Shown here: piece after piece, positions 41,650 through 49,883 of the stretch
How positions within the stretch are numbered: position 1 is the first letter of the stretch
Layout of the letters: every line of letters begins with the position of its first letter
From: a virus
Direction: 5' to 3' (one strand)
Virus record (IMG/VR): IMGVR_UViG_3300021963_007890
Span: 32,001 to 96,000 of that record
Length of the DNA: 64,000 nt
Position numbers and translations under genes: made by a program
The notes under the pieces: model-generated
Database searches by the model: none
What the model saw: only the letters and a program-made list of their open reading frames with translations
Told to the model about the DNA's origin: nothing

Positions 41650-41883
41650 ATGGCTAAAAAACAACAAATTACTGGCAATAAAATAATCTGCGGTGATATA
41701 CCGCTGAACACAGCACTAAAAAAGTTTAAACAAAAAGTTGAGGATTCTGGAATTTTAGAAGAAGTAAAAAACCGTATGTTTTACGAAAAACCAACTAGTG
41801 TAAAAAAACGTAAAAAAGGTGCTGCTCGTGCTCGATGGTTGAAAAAATTAAAAAGTCAAGAATTACCAAAGAAAAATTATTGA
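41650..41883 (+). CDS. rpsU: Ribosomal protein bS21
   Basis: ALKKFKQKVEDSGILEEVKNRMFYEKPTSVKKRKKGAARAR matches the S21 signature (ALRRFK...G...E.R.R..YEKP). Confidence 0.9.
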   Translation: MAKKQQITGNKIICGDIPLNTALKKFKQKVEDSGILEEVKNRMFYEKPTSVKKRKKGAARARWLKKLKSQELPKKNY

Positions 41884-41908
41884 CTTTAGCTAATTCCTAG
41901 TGTACAAT
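41880..41908 (+). promoter_or_regulatory. Sigma70-type promoter TTGACT-N17-TACAAT
   Basis: 17-nt spacer with a TG immediately before the -10 hexamer; 5 nt before the ATG at 41914. Confidence 0.75.
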
Positions 41909-41913
41909 ACACT

Positions 41914-42144
41914 ATGAATAAAAAACTTACTCTTAAATTCGCCCCAGGCGCTTTTGATGACTTTGATGGAACTCAAGAGGAACTGGATCAACTTGTGAAA
42001 ACTATCCAAGAAGCAGTAGATTCTGGAGAGATTCTACGAATGTCACAAGAAGTTGATCTAGATGATCTGGTCACTGAAGATCCGGAATTAGCAGAAACCT
42101 TAAGATTAATGTTGGAAGACCCTAATAAAAGGAAACTAAACTAA
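41914..42144 (+). CDS. Acidic hypothetical protein
   Basis: FAPGAFDDFDGTQEELD motif; 76 aa. Confidence 0.65.
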   Translation: MNKKLTLKFAPGAFDDFDGTQEELDQLVKTIQEAVDSGEILRMSQEVDLDDLVTEDPELAETLRLMLEDPNKRKLN

Positions 42145-42677
42145 TGAGCAAGCACCTAATGGTTGATATGGAAACTTTGTCCGTAACTCCTCAGGCTGTG
42201 ATTTTATCCATAGGAGCAGTGATATTCAATCCATATCATGAAGGACATACAGACGAGTTTTACTTGAAAGTCACACTAGATGATCAGGATCAATTAGGTA
42301 GAGAAATAGATCCTAAAACTATCGACTGGTGGAGTAAACAAGATCCTGCAATAATGGAAGAAGCTTTTGATGAAACTGGTAGAATACTACTTAGCGAATC
42401 TATTGAACGATTTCATAAATTTGCCTGGGGGTGTGATGCTTTTTGGAGTCACGGTGCTACTTTTGACCTTGTAATACTTGAAAACATATACAAGAGCTTT
42501 AATAAAGGGTTACCTTGGAATTATTGGCAGTTAAGAGATACCCGTACATTATTTGATCTAGGATTTGATCCAGAAATGCCGCAAAATAGTAAACACGATG
42601 CTTTGCAAGATGCTATTAGGCAGGCTATCGGTGTTCAAAATGTTTATAGGAAAATAGCTCTGCTGAGGCAAGAATGA
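42144..42677 (+). CDS. DEDDh 3'-5' exonuclease (DexA/DUF5051-like)
   Basis: HLMVDMETL, WSHGATFD, RDTRT, HDALQDA. Confidence 0.85.
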   Translation: MSKHLMVDMETLSVTPQAVILSIGAVIFNPYHEGHTDEFYLKVTLDDQDQLGREIDPKTIDWWSKQDPAIMEEAFDETGRILLSESIERFHKFAWGCDAFWSHGATFDLVILENIYKSFNKGLPWNYWQLRDTRTLFDLGFDPEMPQNSKHDALQDAIRQAIGVQNVYRKIALLRQE

Positions 42678-42928
42678 AAATAGGTAAATTAGATAAAAGG
42701 CATAACGGATATGATCGATTCAAATACTTCGCCAGTTTCTCCTCTACCAATCTATATAAATTTGTAGAAGTAAGAAACTGGTGTTGGCAAAATTGGGGTC
42801 CTAGTTCTGAGTTGGACATAACCGGTTTAGGTGACCAGAAATGGGCCTGGATTCATGGTCAATATAATACAAGGATTTATTTGGCTACAGACGCAGAATA
42901 CCAATGGTTCGTTTTAAAATGGAAATAG
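42674..42928 (+). CDS. Hypothetical protein
   Basis: 84 aa (RNWCWQNWGPS...WFVLKW). Confidence 0.6.
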   Translation: MKIGKLDKRHNGYDRFKYFASFSSTNLYKFVEVRNWCWQNWGPSSELDITGLGDQKWAWIHGQYNTRIYLATDAEYQWFVLKWK

Positions 42929-42929
42929 T

Positions 42930-43784
42930 ATGAAAATTACCCTAGTATCAGATCTACATCTTGAGTTTAGCGACGTCAACCTTACTAACGAACAAGGTGC
43001 TGATGTTCTAATCCTTGGTGGCGATATTATGGTAGCACAAGACCTACACGATCATCCCGAGCCTGCCAATGCCATTGAGCGATCAATGATTGCTCATGGT
43101 CAAGGTTTAGGACGTAGGCAGGAAAAGGCTCAACAATTTAGGGATTTTCTAAAAAGAGTAAGTTTTCAATTCCCACACGTTATCTACATTGCGGGTAACC
43201 ACGAGTACTATCATGGTAAATGGCCAGATAGCATTCGATACCTACGTGATGAAGTCAGTGTATTTCCTAACATTTATTTTTTAGAAAATGACGTAAAGGA
43301 AATTGATGATGTAGTATTTGTGGGTGGTACCCTTTGGACTGATATGAACCGGGGTGATAGTGCGACTATTAACATGGTAAAGGCCATGTTAAATGACTAT
43401 CGTGTTGTAAGAGATAGCACTAAAGAATATAGCAAACTACATCCACTTACTACATTAGGTAGACATCGTGAAACCTTGAAGTATATAAAGAATGTTGTAG
43501 ACAGTGATCCCACTCGTAAGTATGTAGTGGTTGGTCATCACGCACCTAGTAAACGCAGCACCAAGCCAAAGTATGAAAAAGAATTTCACTTGAATGGTGG
43601 TTATAGCAGTGACCTAAATGAATTCATTGAGGCACGCCCACAGATCAAATTATGGACTCATGGACATACACATGATGTTTATGATTATATAGTTGGTAGT
43701 ACTCGCATTGTATGTAACCCCCGTGGCTATGAGGGTTATGAGCCAGATAGTGGATGGGATCCTAACTTCACAATTGAGGTATGA
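42930..43784 (+). CDS. Calcineurin-like metallophosphoesterase
   Basis: SDLHLE, GGDI, GNHEYY, HHAP, HGHTH, NPRGY. Confidence 0.9.
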   Translation: MKITLVSDLHLEFSDVNLTNEQGADVLILGGDIMVAQDLHDHPEPANAIERSMIAHGQGLGRRQEKAQQFRDFLKRVSFQFPHVIYIAGNHEYYHGKWPDSIRYLRDEVSVFPNIYFLENDVKEIDDVVFVGGTLWTDMNRGDSATINMVKAMLNDYRVVRDSTKEYSKLHPLTTLGRHRETLKYIKNVVDSDPTRKYVVVGHHAPSKRSTKPKYEKEFHLNGGYSSDLNEFIEARPQIKLWTHGHTHDVYDYIVGSTRIVCNPRGYEGYEPDSGWDPNFTIEV

Positions 43785-43990
43785 TAGCACTCAGAGTTTT
43801 TGATATAAAACCCAACGAGGTTTTAGAGATAGTTCACCAAGTTAAGCAGCAGGGTTATAAACAGGGTATTGATTTTGATTTCGCACATTTTCAAGCAAAA
43901 ATATCAATAGATGGTGTAGAAAGACGTTATACTAACTTTATGTTTTACAATGAAAAATTAGCTACTTATTTTGCTTTGAGGTATCAATGA
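43781..43990 (+). CDS. Hypothetical protein
   Basis: 69 aa ending ATYFALRY; similar in style to the 42674 ORF. Confidence 0.6.
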   Translation: MIALRVFDIKPNEVLEIVHQVKQQGYKQGIDFDFAHFQAKISIDGVERRYTNFMFYNEKLATYFALRYQ

Positions 43991-44265
43991 GACCAATCCA
44001 AGATGAACTATATGAAAATTGGTGCGATCGATCTCGTATTTTTGAGCGAAATGTTGCTATTAGTCGAATATCTCAGAATGAAAATATCAAACTCGTTTTG
44101 GAAGAAATGTCTAATAAACTCTTATCCAAAATGATGCATCCGTTATTTGAAATAATCAAAGAAGAAATTGTTAATGATTATGATCCTGTTAAATCTAGAG
44201 AAGAATACAAACGATTATATTTGGATAAAGTTGGGCCTAGAGCCGACCACGTTTCTAATGACTAA
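43987..44265 (+). CDS. Stand-alone protein resembling the glutamyl-tRNA reductase (HemA) C-terminal dimerisation domain
   Basis: RIFERNVAISRISQNENIKLVLEEMSNKLLSKMMHPL resembles the HemA C-terminal pattern 'R..EL..A...L..G.D...VL......L.NKLLH.P'. Confidence 0.55.
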   Translation: MRPIQDELYENWCDRSRIFERNVAISRISQNENIKLVLEEMSNKLLSKMMHPLFEIIKEEIVNDYDPVKSREEYKRLYLDKVGPRADHVSND

Positions 44266-44344
44266 TTTTTAAAATTTGTATATAATATAGATAAATAAAT
44301 TTATATCAGACCTAATGGCTGATATATAGGCATAAGCCAAATTA

Positions 44345-44360
44345 CTCACTTTTTAAGGAG
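44345..44360 (+). promoter_or_regulatory. ROSE-like SD-occluding hairpin upstream of dnaK
   Basis: CTCACT-TTTTA-AGGAG pairs across the SD with one bulged base. Confidence 0.5.
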
Positions 44361-44368
44361 AACAGATT

Positions 44369-46261
44369 ATGAGTAAAGTCATCGGTATCGATCTCGGTAC
44401 TACCAATAGCTGCGTCGCAGTAATCGAAAACGGAAATCCCAAGGTAATTGAAAATTCAGAAGGTGCTCGTACTACACCTAGTATCATTGCCTACGGTGAG
44501 GAAATACTTGTTGGAGCACCGGCAAAGCGCCAAGCAGTAACCAATCCCAAGAACACTATCTATGCTGCTAAACGACTGATCGGCAGAAAATTTAAGGAAA
44601 ATGCTGTACAAAAAGATATCGATTTAATGCCCTATAAAATCATCGAGGCAGACAATGGTGATGCTTGGGTAGAAGCCAATAATCAAAAACTAGCACCTCC
44701 TCAGATCAGCGCAGAAGTATTGCGTAAAATGAAAAAGACTGCTGAAGATTATCTAGGTGCGGAAGTAACACAGGCTGTAATCACTGTACCTGCCTACTTT
44801 AACGATAGTCAAAGACAGGCTACTAAAGATGCAGGCCGTATAGCTGGACTTGAAGTTCTACGTATTATTAACGAACCTACTGCGGCGGCATTGGCCTACG
44901 GCGTAGACAAAACAGATAAAAAAGATCGTAAAATTGCTGTATATGATCTAGGTGGTGGAACATTTGATATTAGTATTATTGAGATAGCCAACATTGACGA
45001 TGATAAGCAAATTGAAGTATTAAGTACCAATGGTGATACATTTTTAGGTGGTGAAGATTTTGATCAACGCATTATGGATTTCCTAGTCACCGAGTTCAAA
45101 AAAGAACAAGGAGTTGATCTAACTAAAGACGTTTTGGCACTTCAGCGTCTCAAAGAGGCTGCTGAAAAAGCTAAAATTGAACTAAGTAATAGCGCTCAAA
45201 CCAATGTAAATCTGCCATATGTAACCGCAGATGCTACAGGACCCAAACATTTAAACATAAGCATAACCAGAGCTAAATTAGAAAGTCTTGTGGATGAACT
45301 TATTCAACGCAGTATTGAACCTTGCCGTATCGCTATGAAGGATGCAGGAGTAACTGCAGCAGATATAGATGAGGTTATCCTTGTAGGTGGTATGACACGC
45401 ATGCCTAAGGTACAGGCTACAGTTGAACAGGTATTTGGGAAGGCTCCGCGTCGAGATGTCAATCCAGATGAAGCTGTAGCAGCAGGGGCAGCTGTTCAAG
45501 GAGCAGTGCTTGCAGGTGATCGTAAAGATGTTCTTTTACTTGATGTCACTCCATTGAGCCTAGGTATTGAAACACAAGGCGGCGTAATGACCAAGGTTAT
45601 TCAAAAGAATACAACTATTCCTACTAAAAGTAGCGAAATTTTTAGCACCGCAGAAGACAATCAACCTGCAGTTAGCATTAGAGTATTCCAGGGCGAAAGA
45701 GATCTTGTAGTGTACAATAAGTTACTAGGAGATTTTAGTTTAGGTGGTATTAACCCGGCTGCTAGAGGAACTCCTCAAATCGAAGTAACTTTTGATATAG
45801 ATGCTAATGGTATCTTAAATGTTAGTGCTAAAGATAAAAGCACAGGTAAGGAAAATCAAATTACCATTAAATCAAGCAGTGGTCTAACCGAGTCTGAAAT
45901 TAAAAAGATGATCAAAGAAGCGGAGGAAAATGCTGAGGCAGATAAGAAGCTAAAGGATCTTATCACTAGCCGTAACAGTGCAGAATCTCAACTTTATTCT
46001 GTAAAGAAAGATCTAACCGAGTTTGATACTATAATTACAGAAGAAGAAAAAACTAGGATAAATGACAGTATTAAAGATCTAGAAGAAAAGGTCAAATCTG
46101 AAGATGCAGAAGCTATTCAAAAGGCCACTATGACATTAGTCCAAGATTCCTTGCCAATTCTTAAAGCCAAACAGGAAAAAGAAAAGGCAGAAAAAACTGC
46201 TAAAGATCAACCTAAAGACGAAAAGGTTGTTGATGCAGAATTTACTGAAGTTAAAAACTAA
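44369..46261 (+). CDS. dnaK: Chaperone DnaK (Hsp70)
   Basis: [43 protein letters not shown] and C-terminal DAEFTEV. Confidence 0.97.
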   Translation: MSKVIGIDLGTTNSCVAVIENGNPKVIENSEGARTTPSIIAYGEEILVGAPAKRQAVTNPKNTIYAAKRLIGRKFKENAVQKDIDLMPYKIIEADNGDAWVEANNQKLAPPQISAEVLRKMKKTAEDYLGAEVTQAVITVPAYFNDSQRQATKDAGRIAGLEVLRIINEPTAAALAYGVDKTDKKDRKIAVYDLGGGTFDISIIEIANIDDDKQIEVLSTNGDTFLGGEDFDQRIMDFLVTEFKKEQGVDLTKDVLALQRLKEAAEKAKIELSNSAQTNVNLPYVTADATGPKHLNISITRAKLESLVDELIQRSIEPCRIAMKDAGVTAADIDEVILVGGMTRMPKVQATVEQVFGKAPRRDVNPDEAVAAGAAVQGAVLAGDRKDVLLLDVTPLSLGIETQGGVMTKVIQKNTTIPTKSSEIFSTAEDNQPAVSIRVFQGERDLVVYNKLLGDFSLGGINPAARGTPQIEVTFDIDANGILNVSAKDKSTGKENQITIKSSSGLTESEIKKMIKEAEENAEADKKLKDLITSRNSAESQLYSVKKDLTEFDTIITEEEKTRINDSIKDLEEKVKSEDAEAIQKATMTLVQDSLPILKAKQEKEKAEKTAKDQPKDEKVVDAEFTEVKN

Positions 46262-46300
46262 TTTCAGTATAATTGGGGGTACCTAATAGGGCCCCATAAG

Positions 46301-46322
46301 TGTCTTACTTTTTAAGGAGATA
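46301..46322 (+). promoter_or_regulatory. ROSE-like SD-occluding hairpin upstream of hsp20
   Basis: TGTCTTACT-TTTTA-AGGAGATA. Confidence 0.55.
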
Positions 46323-46326
46323 TATT

Positions 46327-46761
46327 ATGACACAATTAGTTAGATTTGATACAAACGCTTTAAATAGGTCCTTTTTGGGTTTTGATCATTTGTTTAATGA
46401 TTTGGAACGTAGATTTACTAATCAAATCAATAACAATTATCCGCCCTATAATATTATTAAGACCAAAGAAAATCACTATAATCTTGAGGTGGCTGTCACA
46501 GGATTTCAAAAAGATGAAATTACTGTAGAAGTAGATCAAGACATGTTGATTGTCAAAGGCGAAAGGCAACGTCAAGACGATGATGAAGTACAATATCTAC
46601 ATCATGGACTGGCCAATAGGGATTTTACAAGAACTTGGCCTTTGGCTGAACATATTGAAGTAGGCGAAGTTACTATTAAAAATGGTGTGCTTACTATCAA
46701 TCTAGAAAGAAAAATTCCTGAATCATTAAAACCCCGTGTTTTGAAGATTAAGGAAGCCTAA
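46327..46761 (+). CDS. ibpA: Small heat-shock protein (Hsp20/IbpA family)
   Basis: YPPYNI, EVAVTGF, YLHHGLANRDF, NGVLTI. ATG at 46327 follows AAGGAG. Confidence 0.92.
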   Translation: MTQLVRFDTNALNRSFLGFDHLFNDLERRFTNQINNNYPPYNIIKTKENHYNLEVAVTGFQKDEITVEVDQDMLIVKGERQRQDDDEVQYLHHGLANRDFTRTWPLAEHIEVGEVTIKNGVLTINLERKIPESLKPRVLKIKEA

Positions 46762-46766
46762 TCACC

Positions 46767-46785
46767 GTGGGGGATAATCCCCCAC
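46767..46785 (+). promoter_or_regulatory. Hairpin GTGGGGGA-taa-TCCCCCAC
   Basis: Inverted repeat after the hsp20 stop, nearly identical to 20931-20953. Confidence 0.6.
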
Positions 46786-46807
46786 TAAATTATAGCTAAA
46801 TATAATT

Positions 46808-47113
46808 ATGACAACTGAAACTGTTCTTGAGAAAACTAACAAAACTCTTGACAAATTTAAGGAGCCAAAAAAATATAAAGTCATTGTTTTAAATGATGAC
46901 GTTACACCTATGGAATTTGTTATAGCATTATTAACCACAGTTTTTAGACACAGTATGGAGGCCGCCAGAGATATTACGCTGAAAATTCATAATGAAGGTA
47001 GTGCTGTGGTTGGGATATATAATTATGAAGTAGCAGAACAAAAGACATTTGAAGCGAAAAGTTTAGCTAAGGCCAATAACCTACCTTTACAGATAACTAT
47101 GGATCAAGAGTAA
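46808..47113 (+). CDS. clpS: ATP-dependent Clp protease adaptor ClpS
   Basis: YKVIVLNDDVTPMEFV, IHNEGSAVVGIY...AEQK. Confidence 0.92.
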   Translation: MTTETVLEKTNKTLDKFKEPKKYKVIVLNDDVTPMEFVIALLTTVFRHSMEAARDITLKIHNEGSAVVGIYNYEVAEQKTFEAKSLAKANNLPLQITMDQE

Positions 47114-47115
47114 CA

Positions 47116-47670
47116 ATGAGTTTAAAAGAACGTACTAAAGAAAAGCACAAGCAGGCAGAATCAACTTTATTTATGGAATCAGTTTTCAAAAAGAAACTAC
47201 CAACTGACTTATGGATAGACTGGACGAAACAAAAAAGTTTTTTTTATAATAAGATAGAATATTATTCAGACCAATTAGGGATTTTAGAGGGAATTGAAGA
47301 TATTAGAAGAAGTTATTACCTGCTTCAAGATTACTCAATTATGAATAACGGTAATTTGATTCATTCTATAAGGACACCAGTATTAGAATATGGTAATTAC
47401 CTTGATTCTATAGGTAATGATAGAAATAAAATTCTTGCTCATTTATATACCTGGCATATGGGAGATATGTTTGGCGGGCAAATGATAAAGAAAATTGTAC
47501 CTGGATCACATTTAGCATTGGAATTTAACAATTCTCAAAGTATTATGTCTAATCTTAGAGAGAAACTAAGTGACGATTTGGCAGACGAAGCTAATATAGC
47601 GTTTGATTGGGCCATAGAAATGATGAGCGATTATGACAACCACTTGGAACAAAATTATCAACTTAGCTGA
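47116..47670 (+). CDS. hemO: Heme oxygenase (biliverdin-producing)
   Basis: LKERTKEKHKQAE (proximal His), AHLYTWHMGDMFGGQMIKK, EANIAF. Confidence 0.9.
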   Translation: MSLKERTKEKHKQAESTLFMESVFKKKLPTDLWIDWTKQKSFFYNKIEYYSDQLGILEGIEDIRRSYYLLQDYSIMNNGNLIHSIRTPVLEYGNYLDSIGNDRNKILAHLYTWHMGDMFGGQMIKKIVPGSHLALEFNNSQSIMSNLREKLSDDLADEANIAFDWAIEMMSDYDNHLEQNYQLS

Positions 47671-48301
47671 AAGCATTGAAGATAAATTCAAAGCTACCGG
47701 CGAACGTTATCAAGAAAAAGAACATGCCTACGATTGGTATAATAATCTATATTCTAGTATAAGATATAGAAGAGCACACATTGAAATAGTAGATAAAAGA
47801 AATACACACGGTATATATATTTTACATTCAACAGTGTTCCCTCATTTTAACGACCCTAGTCCAATTTGGGGATTTGATGCTATCTGCGGCAAAAATAAAA
47901 TAACAGGCGCTTTTCACGATTTTAGTAATGGTGGAGATCCTACGCACGACATGATGAATTGGTTTGATAAAGCAACACAGGATCTAGCTTGGTCTAAACC
48001 TCGACAACTTCCAGATTGGGCTAAACAAATTTTTAGTAAAAGTATGGTAGCTGCTGGTAATATACAAGAGGAAATAGAAATTGATCTACTTTGTCATTTA
48101 GCTAATACTTCTCTTAAGTATTATCTTGAAAATGTAGGAATAACTCAGACTTGCGGGGGAGATTTTCATATGGCGCAAAATCGTTACTGTCATTACCAAA
48201 AACAAAACCCACAAGTGATCAAAAGTATGGTAGCTATGGGTGTTCCTGAACCTACTATTATAAAATTTGTAGACGAAATTTTGTTCCCAGAAACCGTATA
48301 A
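47633..48301 (+). CDS. Ferredoxin-dependent bilin reductase, PcyA/PcyX family (copy 2)
   Basis: RRAHIEIVD, ILHSTVFP, PIWGFD, GAFHDFS, RQLPDWAKQIFS, QKQNPQ. Confidence 0.85.
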   Translation: MTTTWNKIINLAESIEDKFKATGERYQEKEHAYDWYNNLYSSIRYRRAHIEIVDKRNTHGIYILHSTVFPHFNDPSPIWGFDAICGKNKITGAFHDFSNGGDPTHDMMNWFDKATQDLAWSKPRQLPDWAKQIFSKSMVAAGNIQEEIEIDLLCHLANTSLKYYLENVGITQTCGGDFHMAQNRYCHYQKQNPQVIKSMVAMGVPEPTIIKFVDEILFPETV

Positions 48302-48311
48302 ATATTTTATT

Positions 48312-49433
48312 ATGCGATTTAGTGAATTCTCAACCCCATTAGAAGAAGGTGGAAAAAGCAGCGGTGTTAGGTATAACAGCGAAATTGCGATGTTATGCGC
48401 TCTCATAGGTTCTGATCCTGAAACATTTAATCCTGCTAATCCTCAGTTAACTATTCCTTCTGAATCATTATCAGATCCAACTGGTACATATAATTCAATA
48501 AAAAAACTTTTAGGACCTAACTTTGATCAAGGACTATTTTTAAGATGGTTCCAGATAGGCTCTAAATATTCTGAACTTATTAAAAATAAACTATCAGAAA
48601 CAGGAGAGTCAATTATCAGTTTCTCATGGGCAGGTGGAAAAAACAAAGCAGACAATGCTGCAGATATCGGATTTGAAGGAACTAGCATAGCAGGAATAAG
48701 TCTTAAGGCAGAAGGAGGAATCACTCTTGCTAACCTAACACCTAAGGCTCTGGGACTGACTCCAGAAAGAGGAAATGATATATTTTATCAATACGCTCAA
48801 GACGAATTTAAAAAAATGAAGCAGGATATTTTCAATGATGTGTTGGCGCAGGCACAAAGCCAACCGGGTGAAGTAATCGCTCCATTGACAGACAAATATA
48901 CAATAATGTTTGACCCTGCTACACAAAAGTTTACTTGTAAAGGTAAAACCAGTTTAACAGCAGATGCTAATACTATTATTGCCTCTTCAGGTAAAAATGC
49001 AAAATGGCAACGTGTGTTTGGTGATTGGTTTCAGGCCAATTGGCAAACAAAGAAAGCATATGCTACTCCTTTATTTTCTAAGATTGCTACTGTTTTTGAA
49101 GCTATAATTGAAAACAATCTTAAACAAAATAACAGTCTTACATCTATGCTTAGATTTTCCAAACAGCCTTACTTTTATGCAAGTGTAAACGGACTTTATT
49201 ATGTACCTAGTATAACAGAAGTTGAGGACCTCCAACTAATGGGATTGAAGTATGGAGCCCCAGACGGAACTAGTCAACTATTTGTAGCCCAAATTGGACG
49301 TCCTGACAGCAACGAGTTCGCAGAGTTAGATATCTATATTAGATATGCTAACGGTATGTTTGAAAGTAATCCTACAGTTAGAATTCAAACTCTACGAAAT
49401 CCTCAATTTATCAGTTGGGAAAAATTATCTTAA
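48312..49433 (+). CDS. Putative PD-(D/E)XK restriction-endonuclease-fold protein with a head-targeting-like N-terminus
   Basis: E (NSEIA)...ADI...GISLK catalytic-like pattern. N-terminus MRFSEF...LEE. TATAAATA at 48297. Confidence 0.55.
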   Translation: MRFSEFSTPLEEGGKSSGVRYNSEIAMLCALIGSDPETFNPANPQLTIPSESLSDPTGTYNSIKKLLGPNFDQGLFLRWFQIGSKYSELIKNKLSETGESIISFSWAGGKNKADNAADIGFEGTSIAGISLKAEGGITLANLTPKALGLTPERGNDIFYQYAQDEFKKMKQDIFNDVLAQAQSQPGEVIAPLTDKYTIMFDPATQKFTCKGKTSLTADANTIIASSGKNAKWQRVFGDWFQANWQTKKAYATPLFSKIATVFEAIIENNLKQNNSLTSMLRFSKQPYFYASVNGLYYVPSITEVEDLQLMGLKYGAPDGTSQLFVAQIGRPDSNEFAELDIYIRYANGMFESNPTVRIQTLRNPQFISWEKLS

Positions 49434-49461
49434 TTAGATAAGTATCCATATAAATAGTTAT

Positions 49462-49839
49462 ATGGAGATATTACTATTAATGTTTCTGCTACAGGCCAAA
49501 CATTGGTACGCAGACTTTTTCATTCAAACATATGATCAAACTGTAAAAAAGGGAATTTATGGTGATCCTATAGGTTTAAGCCACTCATTAGATCATATCC
49601 TATGGAGCATAGTGGCTCTTGTAATTTTTAGTTTCTTTCATTATCTTACCCCAGTTGAAATACTGGCTATCAGCATTTTAGAAGGTATCGCTCACTATCA
49701 TATAGACTGGTTTAAGGTAAAGTATGGAACTAAGGACATGACCAAGCCTAGATTTTGGCGAGAGTTTGGTGCAGATCAAATGGCACATCATATCTGCTAC
49801 TTGTTTATAATTTGGTATATAATGGTTAGAAGCAGTTAA
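49462..49839 (+). CDS. DUF3307-like membrane protein
   Basis: KHWYADF..Q, HSLDH, HYHIDWFK, GADQMAH motifs with TM helices. Confidence 0.75.
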   Translation: MEILLLMFLLQAKHWYADFFIQTYDQTVKKGIYGDPIGLSHSLDHILWSIVALVIFSFFHYLTPVEILAISILEGIAHYHIDWFKVKYGTKDMTKPRFWREFGADQMAHHICYLFIIWYIMVRSS

Positions 49840-49883
49840 ATTCTTAAACGCTCCGATAAATAATATATAACTAAGGAGCGACT

